A stretch of DNA of 62,703 bases, the filler included, from Choristocarpus tenellus KU-1152 (taxonomy: Eukaryota; Protista; Phaeophyceae): the NCBI GenBank assembly GCA_964200185.2. It is 8 parts of 8 records of this genome, joined end to end, with 100 filler letters (N's around TTAATTAATTAA, not from the genome) between each part and the next. Parts side by side here need not be neighbours in the genome. Positions count along the whole stretch, not along the records: positions 1 to 7,386 come from CAXNAD020006234.1; positions 7,487 to 26,706 come from CAXNAD020000485.1; 6 more parts are not named here. One strand, written 5' to 3'. Position 1 is the stretch's first letter, and each line of letters starts with the position of its first letter. Position numbers and translations under genes: made by a program. This document shows, in pieces, positions 1 to 12,500 of this stretch. The notes beneath the pieces are model-generated. The model did not search any database and was not told where the DNA came from. It saw nothing but the letters and a program-made list of their open reading frames with translations.

Positions 1-225
1 ATTTGGGGGTCAAAATCTAATGTTGTGATTTCGATGTAATTTTGGCTATCGTGTTTGTTAGGAAGTGTCAATATCCATGTTCCAGACACACCTTTTCATT
101 ACGTATACAATTTACCTACTCCGAAACATTTTGGAGTAGGAAAATGTCATTAAAAACCCCACGGGAAGCCAAGTCTCAAATGGACAAACAGGGCAAAACT
201 CGTACCCACTAAGATACTTTCACTC
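1..225. mobile_element. MITE family A copy (left end outside the window)
   Basis: Colinear with copies at 36245, 37125 and 53361; ends CCCACTAAGATACTTTCACTC. Confidence 0.85.
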
Positions 226-2979
226 ATACAAAGCACGAAAAGCGGTTGGGACCACATATATGTTGGTGTATTCTGCTTCATATCATTGGCAGACACAAAA
301 CAACATTTACTCCAGCACGTTACTGCGTGAAACTGGCTTTCCAGATCTTGTTGTTTGTTGATGTTTCGGTCACTGAAGAATTGAAGTAATGAAGTGTTTT
401 GAGCTCAAACACGGTAACTATTTCTTCTTATCTCTACTCGGACCGTCATCTCTCCATCAACCTATTTCTCCACGTCCTTCTCCATCTCTAATACTTCGGG
501 GATATTGAGCTCCTTAGTCCCACGGGGAGCTGTGAGGTTCTTCACACTTAACTTGTTCTCTTCGTCCTCCTTTGCCGTCTTCTTCAGCTTCAAATTCTTC
601 ATCTGGGAACATCTGGTAGCTTCACGACCAACAACTAGGCCTTTGTCTTCTTCAGCTTTCGCTCATTCTGTTCTTTCCAAGCATGAAGTTCCCTATTTTT
701 TCCAGCCTCCCACAAAGTCCTCAGAATCCCATTTGTATTACCCCTGTACTTGTATCTTGCGGATGGCTTTGAGCTGTATGAAGAAGCTGAGGCTGTGGGG
801 TGATACGTACCTGAGGTGGTCGGGTCTTGTTCTGATCTGATGATTCCTGATCTGTTCTGTTTCACTTCACCATAAGTAACAGGGGATAGTGGCCAGAAGT
901 CTCCCTGCACTCTGCTCTCTTATTATTTTTGAAGTACATATTATTACACAAAATTCCACCACTTTCACAATATCAATCAAATAATATACTGCTTAGAAAT
1001 AATGACAATGACTAGTGGTGGTAGTGATGGTGGTGATCGTCTTCTTATTCGTAGTACAATCAGAAGCAGCGGCATTATTATACTACGATTAGTCACCTAG
1101 CTACGTCCATTTTTGCAAGAATATTTTCAAGCTAATACGGTAGTATTTCCGCACACACCTTACTACGCACACAGATGGCAGAAGATGATGCCTGCCATGA
1201 AAGGGGGGTGCTTCAAAGAAATCTCTTGCCATGATTGCCAAAAGTAAATGCTGTCCTGATACCCTCTAGGTGGAAGAAACGAGTGAAAGAACCGGATTGC
1301 AATTATTATAAGACAGCCCAGTCAGGGTATTCTAAATTAGGAGGATAGGACTCTTCCTCAGCAACTGTGAACTCTCTTCACTCCCTGCCCACAACACTAC
1401 ACACACCCTTGACCTTTCTAAACAAGCAGTGTCTTCCACAATAAAATACAGTATGTTCCATAATACGAATAGTATCTTCTGCAAGGTGTGTAGGATATGA
1501 AACACAGGAGACACATACACAAACATGGTCACCCATGATGTTGTGACCATCTATGGTAATATGATCTCTACTTAAAATAAACTAAAGGTTTACTCGTAGT
1601 ATCTCTAGGTTTACGATTTACTACAGAGTATAAAACAGTGTACAACTTCTTCTGCCCTGCACTGACAAAGCTTATCAGAAGGATGTGCTTTATAGGTATT
1701 TCCACACCTCCGATCATAGGGCTAGAACTGGACGAAGTTGTGCAAGAAACAACTAGGGGGTTAGAGGAGGCGGAGTGACAGGGAGTGGGGCAACACTTGA
1801 GGGGCGCCTCTGACTCCTATGCAGATGATGCATTGTGTTTATCACCTGAGGAAAGTCTGGTCAGGAAGGATGATGATGGTGATTGTGTAGGTGACTAGGT
1901 CATTTGATTTGACTGTATTGGAATTGAAGGTGGAGACCGTATGCCTTTGACCTTCTGACAAAACCACAGACACTCTGCAGATAGGGGTTTTGGGTCAAGG
2001 CTACAAGCAGAACTAACAATTTTCTCTTTCGAAAATACAGTCAACTGCTTTTTGTTAGAATCATAGACAAGTAGTTGTGCCACTCAAGCATAATGTTCGC
2101 ATGCTCAGGGTTGAAATATTTGAGGTCCTGCTACATGATTTTCGAGATATGTGCGCTCTGCCGGGTCCACTCTGGAGCTTTACTATCACCACTCTAAATT
2201 GCTCTTACACTCACATCGGATTTCGGAAATGGGGATACACCCATCACACTCTGTCCTACAAGAGAAGACTGGGTGTAACAGTATTGAGGCGACCTCGCAA
2301 AAGAAATGGAGACTCCTGTCTGTTCGCAGGGTCAGGTGTACGAATGGGGGATGGGCAATGATGTTTGGAACTTGCAGATAGATGGCAAACAGAGGCAAGG
2401 TGGGCAGGAGAACTGGTGGATGCGCCTGCAGGACGACCTTGAGAACTTTGAGATACGGTTTAGAGAGAGAGAGAGAGAGAACACAAGGAGAACAGACTAC
2501 ACAGGTGGTACGAGTGTGTGGTCTATGGCACGAAGAGCTTCATAGAAGAGTGCCAGAGGAGCTTTGGCCTGTGATAGCTGACGTATGTCGTGCTAGAACA
2601 GCAGCTACGGTAACCCACCAAACGGAGGAGGGCACAGACATGCATACATGCACGCTTACCACTGCTGAAATCTACTATTTTTTCTCACTGCCTTTATTTT
2701 TTGGATTGGTCTTGTGTTCCTCTTTCGCACGTATATGTGATATGTGGTGATGGGCGGTGTTGGATTGGATAGACCATACGTATGTGGCTGGACGTTCTTT
2801 TTTCCTTTCCTTATGTGGAAAGCATGTTTGTTATTATACCGTTATTGCCGTATGCCATATACCGTGGTACCGATTAAGGTTCTCAGTCAAGAATCCATGA
2901 TTTCACAGACAGACTTTCTGTTCGAATGTCACGTCTTGACTGATGATGAAGCCCCATCTTTGATGTTGCTTATCACTCC

Positions 2980-3074
2980 CAAGTTTGCACTTGACCAACC
3001 TTNNNNNNNNNNCCGTCTTGCCCGGTGATTCTCTTTGCCACCCTTGCCTGAGTGAACCACACCGCCACAGAATC
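2980..3074 (+). repeat. Dispersed repeat shared with 51659-51781
   Basis: TTGCACTTGACCAACCTT and GTCTTGCC.GGTGATTCTCTT...ACCCTTGCCTGAGT.AACC.CA.CGCCACAGAATCA are present at both sites. Confidence 0.8.
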
Positions 3075-3751
3075 ACACGATTCACACTTATTTCCGATAG
3101 GATTTGGCGATGTGTGACAAAAGTATAAACGAGAAACAACCTGGAAATGGGCATGGTCAAAATGGGAGTGGGTTGTTTCTCTCTCTATTAAGGGGTCACA
3201 AAATAAGATATGTGCCAGCATGGGACTGAACTACCCCAGTATATCCAACGAACGTATCGTGTCCTTTGAACTACAGTAGTGTGTTATTCCTAGACTTCTC
3301 TTGACTTAGTGTAGCACTCAAATACTGAGCAAATTCACTGCGCAAGAAACAACTCAGGTGACGACCTTTGTTCATTTCTCTTTGTTTGTTGGACACCTTT
3401 GTACCCATACTGAACGGTGCTACATGGTATTACCACCACAAAGCTCATACTTTCTAATGAAGGTGGCACAAAAAATCGCTCTAAACTTGTAGACTTGGAA
3501 CCAGCTGAACTTTGGACTTGATGGCACCAACACAACCCATAAACCCTGTGTGTACTTGCAATCTCTCACTCTTTCTAGGAACTCTTCGTGCTCTTCCCAT
3601 AAATAGGACATTTTTTCCTGGCTGTTCTTGAGGCCTTTTGTTAGTACACCTCTCTATGCAGGGAAGAAAGTGAGCTTGCTGTCCACTCCTGGGCCGACTT
3701 TTACCTTTTCCACCCGTTTGCAAGCATCAAGAATGCTCCTCACAGCCCTGT

Positions 3752-3789
<38 letters not shown>
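3752..3789 (+). repeat. Compound (CA)n(GA)n microsatellite
   Basis: Read directly; other simple repeats at ~2463-2479 (AG), ~5363-5391 (TA), ~46223-46242 (GT). Confidence 0.9.
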
Positions 3790-5144
3790 TGAATGGTACA
3801 GGCACAGGGCATGAGGAGTCAGCACAAGGAGGCACTGTGCAAGGTAGTGTGTCGTGCTTGTAAAGTACGGTTAACATGGGACAGAACACACCTTTGCAAC
3901 AAGTCCTGTCATAACATGACGAACACTATATCAACATGAAAAACAAATGCAGAAGTTGAAGTTATCTAGGATTTCCTCTATTACCACTACTGGGGTTCTT
4001 ATCAAAATTACTCAAGCCAATGTCTAGTGAATGAACACTCCCATGTACACCAGAGTGATGGCACAAACGATGTCAATTGTTGTTGTGGGTAGGCTTGAAT
4101 CACTCTGTAACACACCATCTACACTCAATTTCTCGGATGAAACCCTCCAGTGCCTACAGCGCCAAAACTGATATTGGCCAAGCGCCAAGTGAGCCGCTCT
4201 TCACAGACCCAACTACAGTACAAATATGAACTGTATACAGGTGAAGTCTGGTAAAACAAGTTCCAATCAAGGACCAGGAGGGAAAAAGGCAATACTCTTA
4301 CACGCTGTTTACACTATACAATCAGTTCTGACATCTTCACAAGCATGACTTAAGCCTGCGCCGTTTTCTTGAACAGGTAACACTATAGCTCAAAAGAAGC
4401 TGGCTCATCCCCTTATCCACTGCTCTGTCAGACAATCTATCCATTGTCAATGCAGAAAGTGTATTCTCTAATAAACCTCTCTAGATCAAGGTATACTATA
4501 TTTTGCCAGTGTCAACATGACACAGGAACGTACCTGCAGTAGGAAGAAATCTAAGGAGTTTTGGTCTTTAAAGAAAAATGTATCAACTATTTCAGCTCTT
4601 CCTCCCTCCCTCGTTTCTCTTTATTTTTCTTCTATTTACAGCAAGTACTATCTTACTGGTACACACCTAGGGAGTATTTTACAGAAAACCTCTAACTTAA
4701 CCCTTCCTTCCAAGCCATGGTGATTCTCACCCACAACCTCATTTTTCTTCCACATCAAAGCATGATCATCTACACACCTGGCTGACATTCATCTCAATCT
4801 TAGAGACGATCAAAACCAATCATAAAGTTCTAGATGTCATCAGCAAATACAAAGACTACAGCAGTCCTCACCCAGAAGCCTACATCATAACATCTCTCCA
4901 CCATCTCCACTATTCCCCTCTTCTCCCCCCCCCCCAAAAAAAGAAAAGAAAGAGTCCGGCCTTCATTGAGATGGCCTCCCCAGTTCGTATCGGTTGTGGG
5001 GTTTCAAAATCTTCCCATTTACTTGGTACCCTCACACCTTTCCACTGGATGTAGATCCCCTGTACATGCCCTAACCTTAACTATTGATCCTTCAGGATAG
5101 GTATGATGAACATGTTGAAAGACTTGTATGTATCTCCTGGGATA

Positions 5145-5166
5145 CCCTAACCCTAACCCTAACCCA
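5145..5166 (+). repeat. Interstitial telomere-like (CCCTAA)n tract
   Basis: CCCTAACCCTAACCCTAACCC; similar tracts at 10099-10127 and 10492-10504. Confidence 0.8.
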
Positions 5167-5740
5167 TGATTTCTTCGAGTATCTGACAACTAGACCGGAG
5201 TGGACGGAAGACTGACTGCCTCGAGGGAAAGTACTCTTTATCATGTCAGACATCAACATAAAACATGATACCAAAACTCAGAGAGCCGCTAGGCAGGAAC
5301 GTTCTAGGATAATTCTCAACTGCACTCCAACACCCAGTCAACCAACCTTGCAAAATGGTTACATATATATATTATATATATATATATATATGACTCGCCC
5401 TCTTTTGCCACTAAAATTCCTACACTCCACAACACAGTGAGAGCAAAGAAAGGGAGGGGAAGACTAGTTTACATTCTCTTAAGGACCCCTTACTGCATAA
5501 AGAAAGATGATAGGCTAGACTGGGTCCTACAAAAGGAGCCGACCAGGGACATGAGACGACGGAGGAGTTTAACACCTTGAGAGAGGTGAATGCATCGAGT
5601 GTTAACTTCACATTCACACATCAGATTTGAGGGGGGGGGGGGGGGGGGGGGAGGGGGAAAACAAAAAAACACAACGGGTGTGTTCATAATGCTNNNNNNN
5701 NNNAGTGAGGGCGCGGTACCTGCTTATCTCTGTAGCCGTG

Positions 5741-5778
<38 letters not shown>

Positions 5779-7386
5779 GACAGGGCAAGCCAATCAACAT
5801 CGCAGGTCTGTTCAACTCGCTGATTGAAGCATCTGCGACATTTTGCACACCGCTGTCATATCCTCCTTGATTTTGGACTATTTTCAGCAGAGCTCCTTAT
5901 CCAACACCTCCAACATTTACTCACAGCGCAAGCCACACCCCAATCGCCACTTATATGTTGCACACACAAGGTCACCCTTCACAGCCACACTATGCAATAC
6001 ACATGGGATAGGGTTTTTACATTACTTTCTATGCGTGCACTCTCACAGACGAGTGAGCAGTGGGCTTTCTCCGTGCACACACCATCTTACATGGTGTACA
6101 TGCACAGTTGACATCAATAGAATAAAACAACAAAAAAAGGGAGTGGAGGGGGGGAGGGGGGGTTTACACACCTTGCAAGGCACTTAAAACTAATAAAAAT
6201 GCCAGATTTCCCCATGCCTGCCAGCTACCTTCATACGTCACACATGCTCTCATGTATGTACATATTTTTTTAACAACTTAATGTCCTTGGTGATTGATTG
6301 CAACCCAGACCCTTTCCCCAATCTTTTTCCCAGACAGCACAGTTCAGTGCTAACCTCAGGAAGCCCCACTGGCACAGCTCTCTTCCAACTTCTTTGACAG
6401 CTCATAGCTACAGGCTTTCCAGTCTCTACCACGGATTCACACTGATTGCAACATGGCTCCTTTTCAGAACAAACCCAGCCAACATTGCCACAAGAATCGA
6501 AATGAGCTCCTGAAGATCATGCTGGCTGCCACACCGAAGAAGTCACACAGATCACTCGTACTTCCAGGTGAAAACATCCATGTTCTATGATTGTTTGTCT
6601 TGACAGCCTTCTACAAGACAAATGGGATGTAAACGAGTCTTCCCCACACCTGCTGATAACCGGTAAGGTGTGTAACAACACTCCAGAAGACGCTCAACAG
6701 GAAGGTTCTATTCCCACACTTCAAACACTTCAGTTGTGCAGACAATGAACCGCCCTAAGGCAAACCTCCAGGACCAGAATTTACTAGATAAATCACCATC
6801 AGTGGGGATACCCAAGACACCTACCTCTCACCACGCCAGATTCACCAATGAAAGAAGTCCATTACCTCAAACAAAGTAACACTCAAAGAAGAAACCGCCC
6901 CTCGCAGCATACACTACAACAGTGGCTCAGGATTTTGAAAAGATTAAATGAAACACCATGCCAAAAAGGTACAACAAAAATGGGTTTGAAGGTCTTCAAG
7001 CCTTTTCAACGTAAAATCACACAACACCTTAACACACCTCAATGCACCACAACACACCACATCACAGGCACAGAGTACACAGTGCTTGTAAGCACCATGG
7101 ACACAAGAACCGACTCACCTTCTTGGAACCAACGTCCCCCTCAAAGACTGCTCTGCCCGCCGCATCAGTGGTCCAGTACTCGGCCCTCTCCGGGGCTGGG
7201 GCAACGCTAGAACAACCGAGTTCACATCGTCCTCCCCTGCAGGTATTTGCAACACCTAATCAGAGAACAATCAAGAACAAACATAGTCCAAGAAAAGGAA
7301 CGGGGGGAGGGGAGGGCAGTTGTTAGGAAGGACGACAGGGTTTGGGAGAGGGGGGGGGGGAGGGGGGGAAAGCGGAACTCATCTAG

Positions 7387-7486
7387 NNNNNNNNNNNNNN
7401 NNNNNNNNNNNNNNNNNNNNNNNNNNNNNNTTAATTAATTAANNNNNNNNNNNNNNNNNNNNNNNNNNNNNNNNNNNNNNNNNNNN
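7387..7486. other. Scaffold gap with artificial TTAATTAATTAA linker (also at ~26707, 33444, 37673, 42322, 46251, 52728)
   Basis: Same ~100-nt layout N44-TTAATTAATTAA-N44 at seven sites; the linker puts stop codons in all six frames. Confidence 0.97.
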
Positions 7487-9581
7487 TTACGCAGACGAAC
7501 AGACCCCCTTGCCAACGAAGCACACCCCTCCCCTCCCTCCCTCCCTACCTCCCCCATCCCCACCCCCCTCCCCCTTCCCCCCCCCCCTCCTCAAATGTGT
7601 GCAGAGACTCGGTTCAAGGTGTGGTACACTACGTTGGGTGCCCTTTGAGGAAACCTGGCCGCCTCAGGAAAACAACCTCGGAGGCCCTTACTGGGAACGG
7701 AAACTGCTGGGTAAGGGCGTACACAGCCCTGACTACCGGGAACCTTTGACATACGCACACAAAGGGAGAGGCAAACACGCAGTGGGCAAAGGCCATGGGA
7801 GCAGCCAAAAATTGTTGGAAGCGTGGCGAACACCAGGCCTTGGGATTTGGTCAGAACAAGGGCTTGAAGCTGGAAGGAGGCACAGAGGGGGATTGGTGTG
7901 GTTGGGGTTGGTGTTGCTGTTGGTTGGTGGGGTGGTTCTGTGCTTGTGTTCCATAATGAAAGGGCAAAGAATGGAGGGGAAAAAAAACAGATCAAAACAG
8001 GGAGAGGGACAGTTTTCAATGACCACGGGGAAGGCGACGCCTGGCTTCAAAAGCGAGTGCTGATGTGATGGACTTGCTTGTGTTGGGTTTATTTTCCCTT
8101 GTGCTTGTTTGCTTTTTTGTTATTTTTTTGTTGCATGTCCACGTCTCTTTTATGATTACAGGATGACAGGCATTGTTCCTCTGGTGGTTAGGTTTGGGTT
8201 AGTTGTCTGTGGGGAGGTAGCACGGCATATTAACGCTGTATTTCCATTCTGCAACAGGCCTAGTCCTGTATTTGTGTGTTATCATCAACAACAGTCTGAC
8301 TGTGTGCTTGTCTTGTTTGTGACTGGTCTGCCCCAAAGCTTTCTAATTGTTTTGCACTCTTTTGAGAACTAAATGACAACCAGGTCTCACACAGAAGAGT
8401 GTCTCAACATTTACACTTGCTGAGACACACAATTATCTATCACTGCATGTGTTTGTACTATGCAGTTTGCGACCCTGTGGTAGGCAAAGCCTCGTGTAAA
8501 TTCTTTTATATTAGTATTGTATTTTACCTATAGTAGCCAATCAGTTTATCAGACTCTGACAGCTGTACCAATTGGTGAGCTGCATTCTTTGCATCATTAC
8601 AGTTGTTAGTAATTGTCCACAACCATCTATGACAGTTTCATGGTCAGAGGATGCCACCATCAATATGGTCACAGTCCTCTTACTTGCCAAGCAGGTTTGA
8701 TAGCGGGCATCAGGGTATTTTAAGCCCATCTCTCCTGCACTAGTGTATACATCTGCAAAACAAGCCTGCCACTCTTTATCATGTACCCACTGGTTACTCC
8801 ATTGTACTTCAAAAAAGGGGAGGAGAAATAAAAATACTGTAGGTGCAACAAACAATTCCTACATGACATGACACAGACAAATTTGTGTTCCTATTCAACA
8901 TCGCGTGAATTTGTACTCTGCTACACAAGCCACAGCTCACACACACCAAACTATGACAAAAATAATATCAAATCAACACCCAACACCCCGTTTGCATCAG
9001 CAGCACTAGCAATTACTCCAACACCAAACCCGTAAGACACGCCTTCAAACACTTCAACCAAAGCCCCTCCCTCCTGGGCATAAATGTACATGATAAATGA
9101 TGGCACGGCTTACTTTTTCTCGCCCTTAAACCTGCCACCTGTGATGCAGGGGGCATAGAATCAACACAGCACTAGTCTATTGGGCCTTGTACAACCAACT
9201 GCCAAGGTGTCCAATACCCCACTTTCAAAAAGCCCCTCCCTGCTGCCTTCATCCTTGCCCGCCTTGCCACCAATGCAGCACACAAAACTGAAGGTAAAAC
9301 ACTTCATCTATTCCATTCCACAATCCGCAATATCAAAACAAATTAAACAATACGTTCAGCCTGTCAATCTCCATAGAACCACGGCTGGCATCCCATCCTC
9401 TCTCTCACATTCAACATTCAGTGCTCTGTGCTGGACCTGAAAATAAAATACAATAAACCAAACACCAAATTACGCTAACATGTAGCAATTCGACACGCTT
9501 GTACTCTGTAAATCAGGTCTTATACCCCATTCCTCAGGCAGTCCAAGTCAGCCAGGCAATTCTACTCTCCCACCATACCCT

Positions 9582-12500
9582 TCATGTTGCATTGGTCAGG
9601 TCCATAAGCCTTGTTCTTGTCCTAGCACTAACAACCTCATCCCCCTTACCCCTCTTTCTAAGGTTGTAAGTTTTGGCAACCTTGGTACCACTCTCTTCCC
9701 CGCGGCTACATGTAGTATCCCTCACAGACTGGGGAGAACTTGTGGAACCTTTTTCTGATGATGCTGGGGAACCCACTCCCCGGGAAGATTGACGTTTAAG
9801 GTTCTGTAACTGCTCACTCAGATCATGATTTTCTCGCTTGAGGACAAGCGCCTGGTCACAGAGGTCCTTGTTGGAGCGGGTCAAGCTATTCAGCTCATCT
9901 TTAAGCCGTTGCACCTGGCGAGCCATATATTCCAGTAGATAATTGAGGAAATGCACCATAGAAACAAGAACGTGGTTTTTTATTGCTATATAGTGATGTC
10001 ATCCAAAAAAAGACTGTTACTTAAACACCATCTCCCCACTCTCGAAGATGTCACAATAAACTTTCAGTACAAACAAACGCTGGAACACACAGTACAATCT
10101 AACCCTAACCCTAACCCTAAACCTAATGCGAGATAACCTTCCAGCTCCACAAATGCCCAAAACACACCCAGTTCAACCTCCCACACACAATATCGTTAAA
10201 ATGCGCCCCACAAGAACACAAGCACAGTACGGAAAGATGCTTGCCGGAGAAGCTCCCATAAAAAAATGGACAAAAAAATACCATTTCGATCATGGCTAGC
10301 TAGAGGCATACCAAAAAGAGGGTGCATAAACACAAACCGCTAAGCAGGTTATTAAAAAATAAAGTTCTCGGCGTACAGCCCCTGTATGTCATCCCTAACA
10401 ATTCACAGATCTATTTCCTTCTCATGGTGCACCCAGAGTCAAACAACTATGCTCCAATGCCAAGCCCAGATGAGCCATATCACATGAGGCACCCTAACCC
10501 TAACACACCTGTTGTATCTTCTGCCGTTGGTTCTTGTGACTCGCAAGGCTGACGTTTGTGTCTTGCAGCATCTCTGCCTGCTTTTCCAAGGGGCACAAAT
10601 GGGGGGTTTGCAGTAAATAGAGGCTTGGTAAAGCAAGTGCATGCTCCACATATGGCAAAATCCTTTGCCATATGTGGAGTGCTGTTGGGGTGCATGGCAC
10701 ATGGCGGACAACAGAAGACATGAATGCATAGAATTTTCAAGCAAAGTTTTGGGGGGGTTAACACCATGTAGTTAATTGTAGCCTTTCCCCCTTGTAGATG
10801 CCTTTCCTACCTTCTCAGTTGCATTCCTCGCCTCCTCCTTGGCAACCTCAAGCTCCTCCTTGGCCAGGGTCTGACGTGCTCTCACCGACTCCAACTCTTG
10901 CTGTGCTTCGACCATACGCCTTTCCATCAAAGCTAATTCCTCTTCCTTAGCCTCCCTCTCCTCCTTCAGGCATTCAGCCTCAGTCAGCTTTGGAAGAGGC
11001 ATCCACCATAATTTCCAAAACACACACCAGACAATAAGTAAGATACAAATGTGAATGGAAGAGATAGCTCATGAAAATAACAGTGGATGCGCACATTCTG
11101 TATCATGTATGGAGAGGGAGATCAGAAAACATATTGGATAACCTGTGATACACAGAACCAAAAAACACCCAAAAGAATGATCTTCAACTTTACCTCTTCC
11201 TCAAGCTGTGAGACCCTGCAGTCAAGCTCACTCTTCATCTTGAGGGTTTCACCAATCTCTGTCTGCAATGCACCGTTCTCCTTCTTGACCTTACTAATCT
11301 GATGCACACAACACAGGTGAAGTCATACAGAGCCACGCCAGTGTTACACTTGCTCAAGTATTTGGGTTCAGGATAACTTGGACCAGAGATTGTTTTATGT
11401 TTATATATACTTACTTACATGCTTGCAGATATAAAACAAAAAGGTACATCCAAAGATAAAGGTAAATCCATCCTCACCTCCACCTTGACATCATCCAATT
11501 GTTCTTTGAAGCCTGTTGCTTTCTTTTCTGAGGCCTCTGTGCTCACTTCAGCAGTGGCTCTCCGCTCGGACTCCACCCTGTCATTAACCACAGAGTAGAA
11601 TACGTGTTTAGCAACAACAAACCCAAGACCCTGGGGAATACTGAGGGACAAGGGTCATGTTATGCCATAATCTGCATCATACCCTATTGTGGGTAAAAAA
11701 CACTCAAGATTACTTGCCTTGAACTAATTTTGCCTTAACCCTAGAAAAACACTTAAAAAAGTACAAGAGCCGCAGCCAGAGCAACGGAAGCCAAGAACAA
11801 AAAACCAACACATATAACAGAGTCCCTATTCCACCACCTTCTCAACTCAGACTCTCTCCAACAGTTACTCCTCCTATTCCTTTCCTCCTCCCCTGGGGTG
11901 TGTATTCTTGTTCCCCGTCATAGTTGCCACACACTCCCAACCAAGAATCCTGTTGAACGAACGGTCATTGTACCTCATCTCCTCCTCAGCCTGAACAAGA
12001 CGCTTTTCCACTGCACGCAGTTCCCCCTTAGATTCCTCCAATTCTTCTGTGACAGCCTGTACATGCCCTTCTTCCTCCAAAACACGCCTCTCTGCAACAG
12101 ACAATTCATTTGTTGCCTTGTCCAGCTTCTTGACAGTTGCTGCAAGTGACTTCTCCACAGATGCAAGCTCCTTCTTGAGCATGGTCACCTCTTTTCGAGC
12201 ATCCTTCAGCCCTGCACTTGAGGCCAAGAGCTCTGCCTCTCTCTCAACAAGTGCAGCTCCATTAGCCGTCCTCTCCGACTCGACTGCAGCAAGCTCCTCC
12301 CCAACAGCATCAAGCTTGCCTTCAAGCTCTGCACTCCTTGCTGTTGCCGTGAGCAACTTCTTTTCCGCCAAGGTTAGCTTCTTGCGCATAGCTGTTAGCT
12401 CCTTCTTCTGTAACGCTGCATCAGTTGATGCATTGCGCAACTCCTCTTCACATCGCACCAGCTTTTCATTCACAACACAAAGTGCATCCTTAGAAGATGA

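Noticed and set aside
5631-5776. Long poly-G runs (also 52828-52861) as functional G-quadruplexes
   Set aside because: They sit at contig or gap edges where homopolymer length is unreliable.
7431-7442. Recurring palindrome TTAATTAATTAA at seven sites
   Set aside because: Always centred in a fixed-length N block, so it is a scaffolding linker, not biology. Order and distance across these gaps are uncertain.
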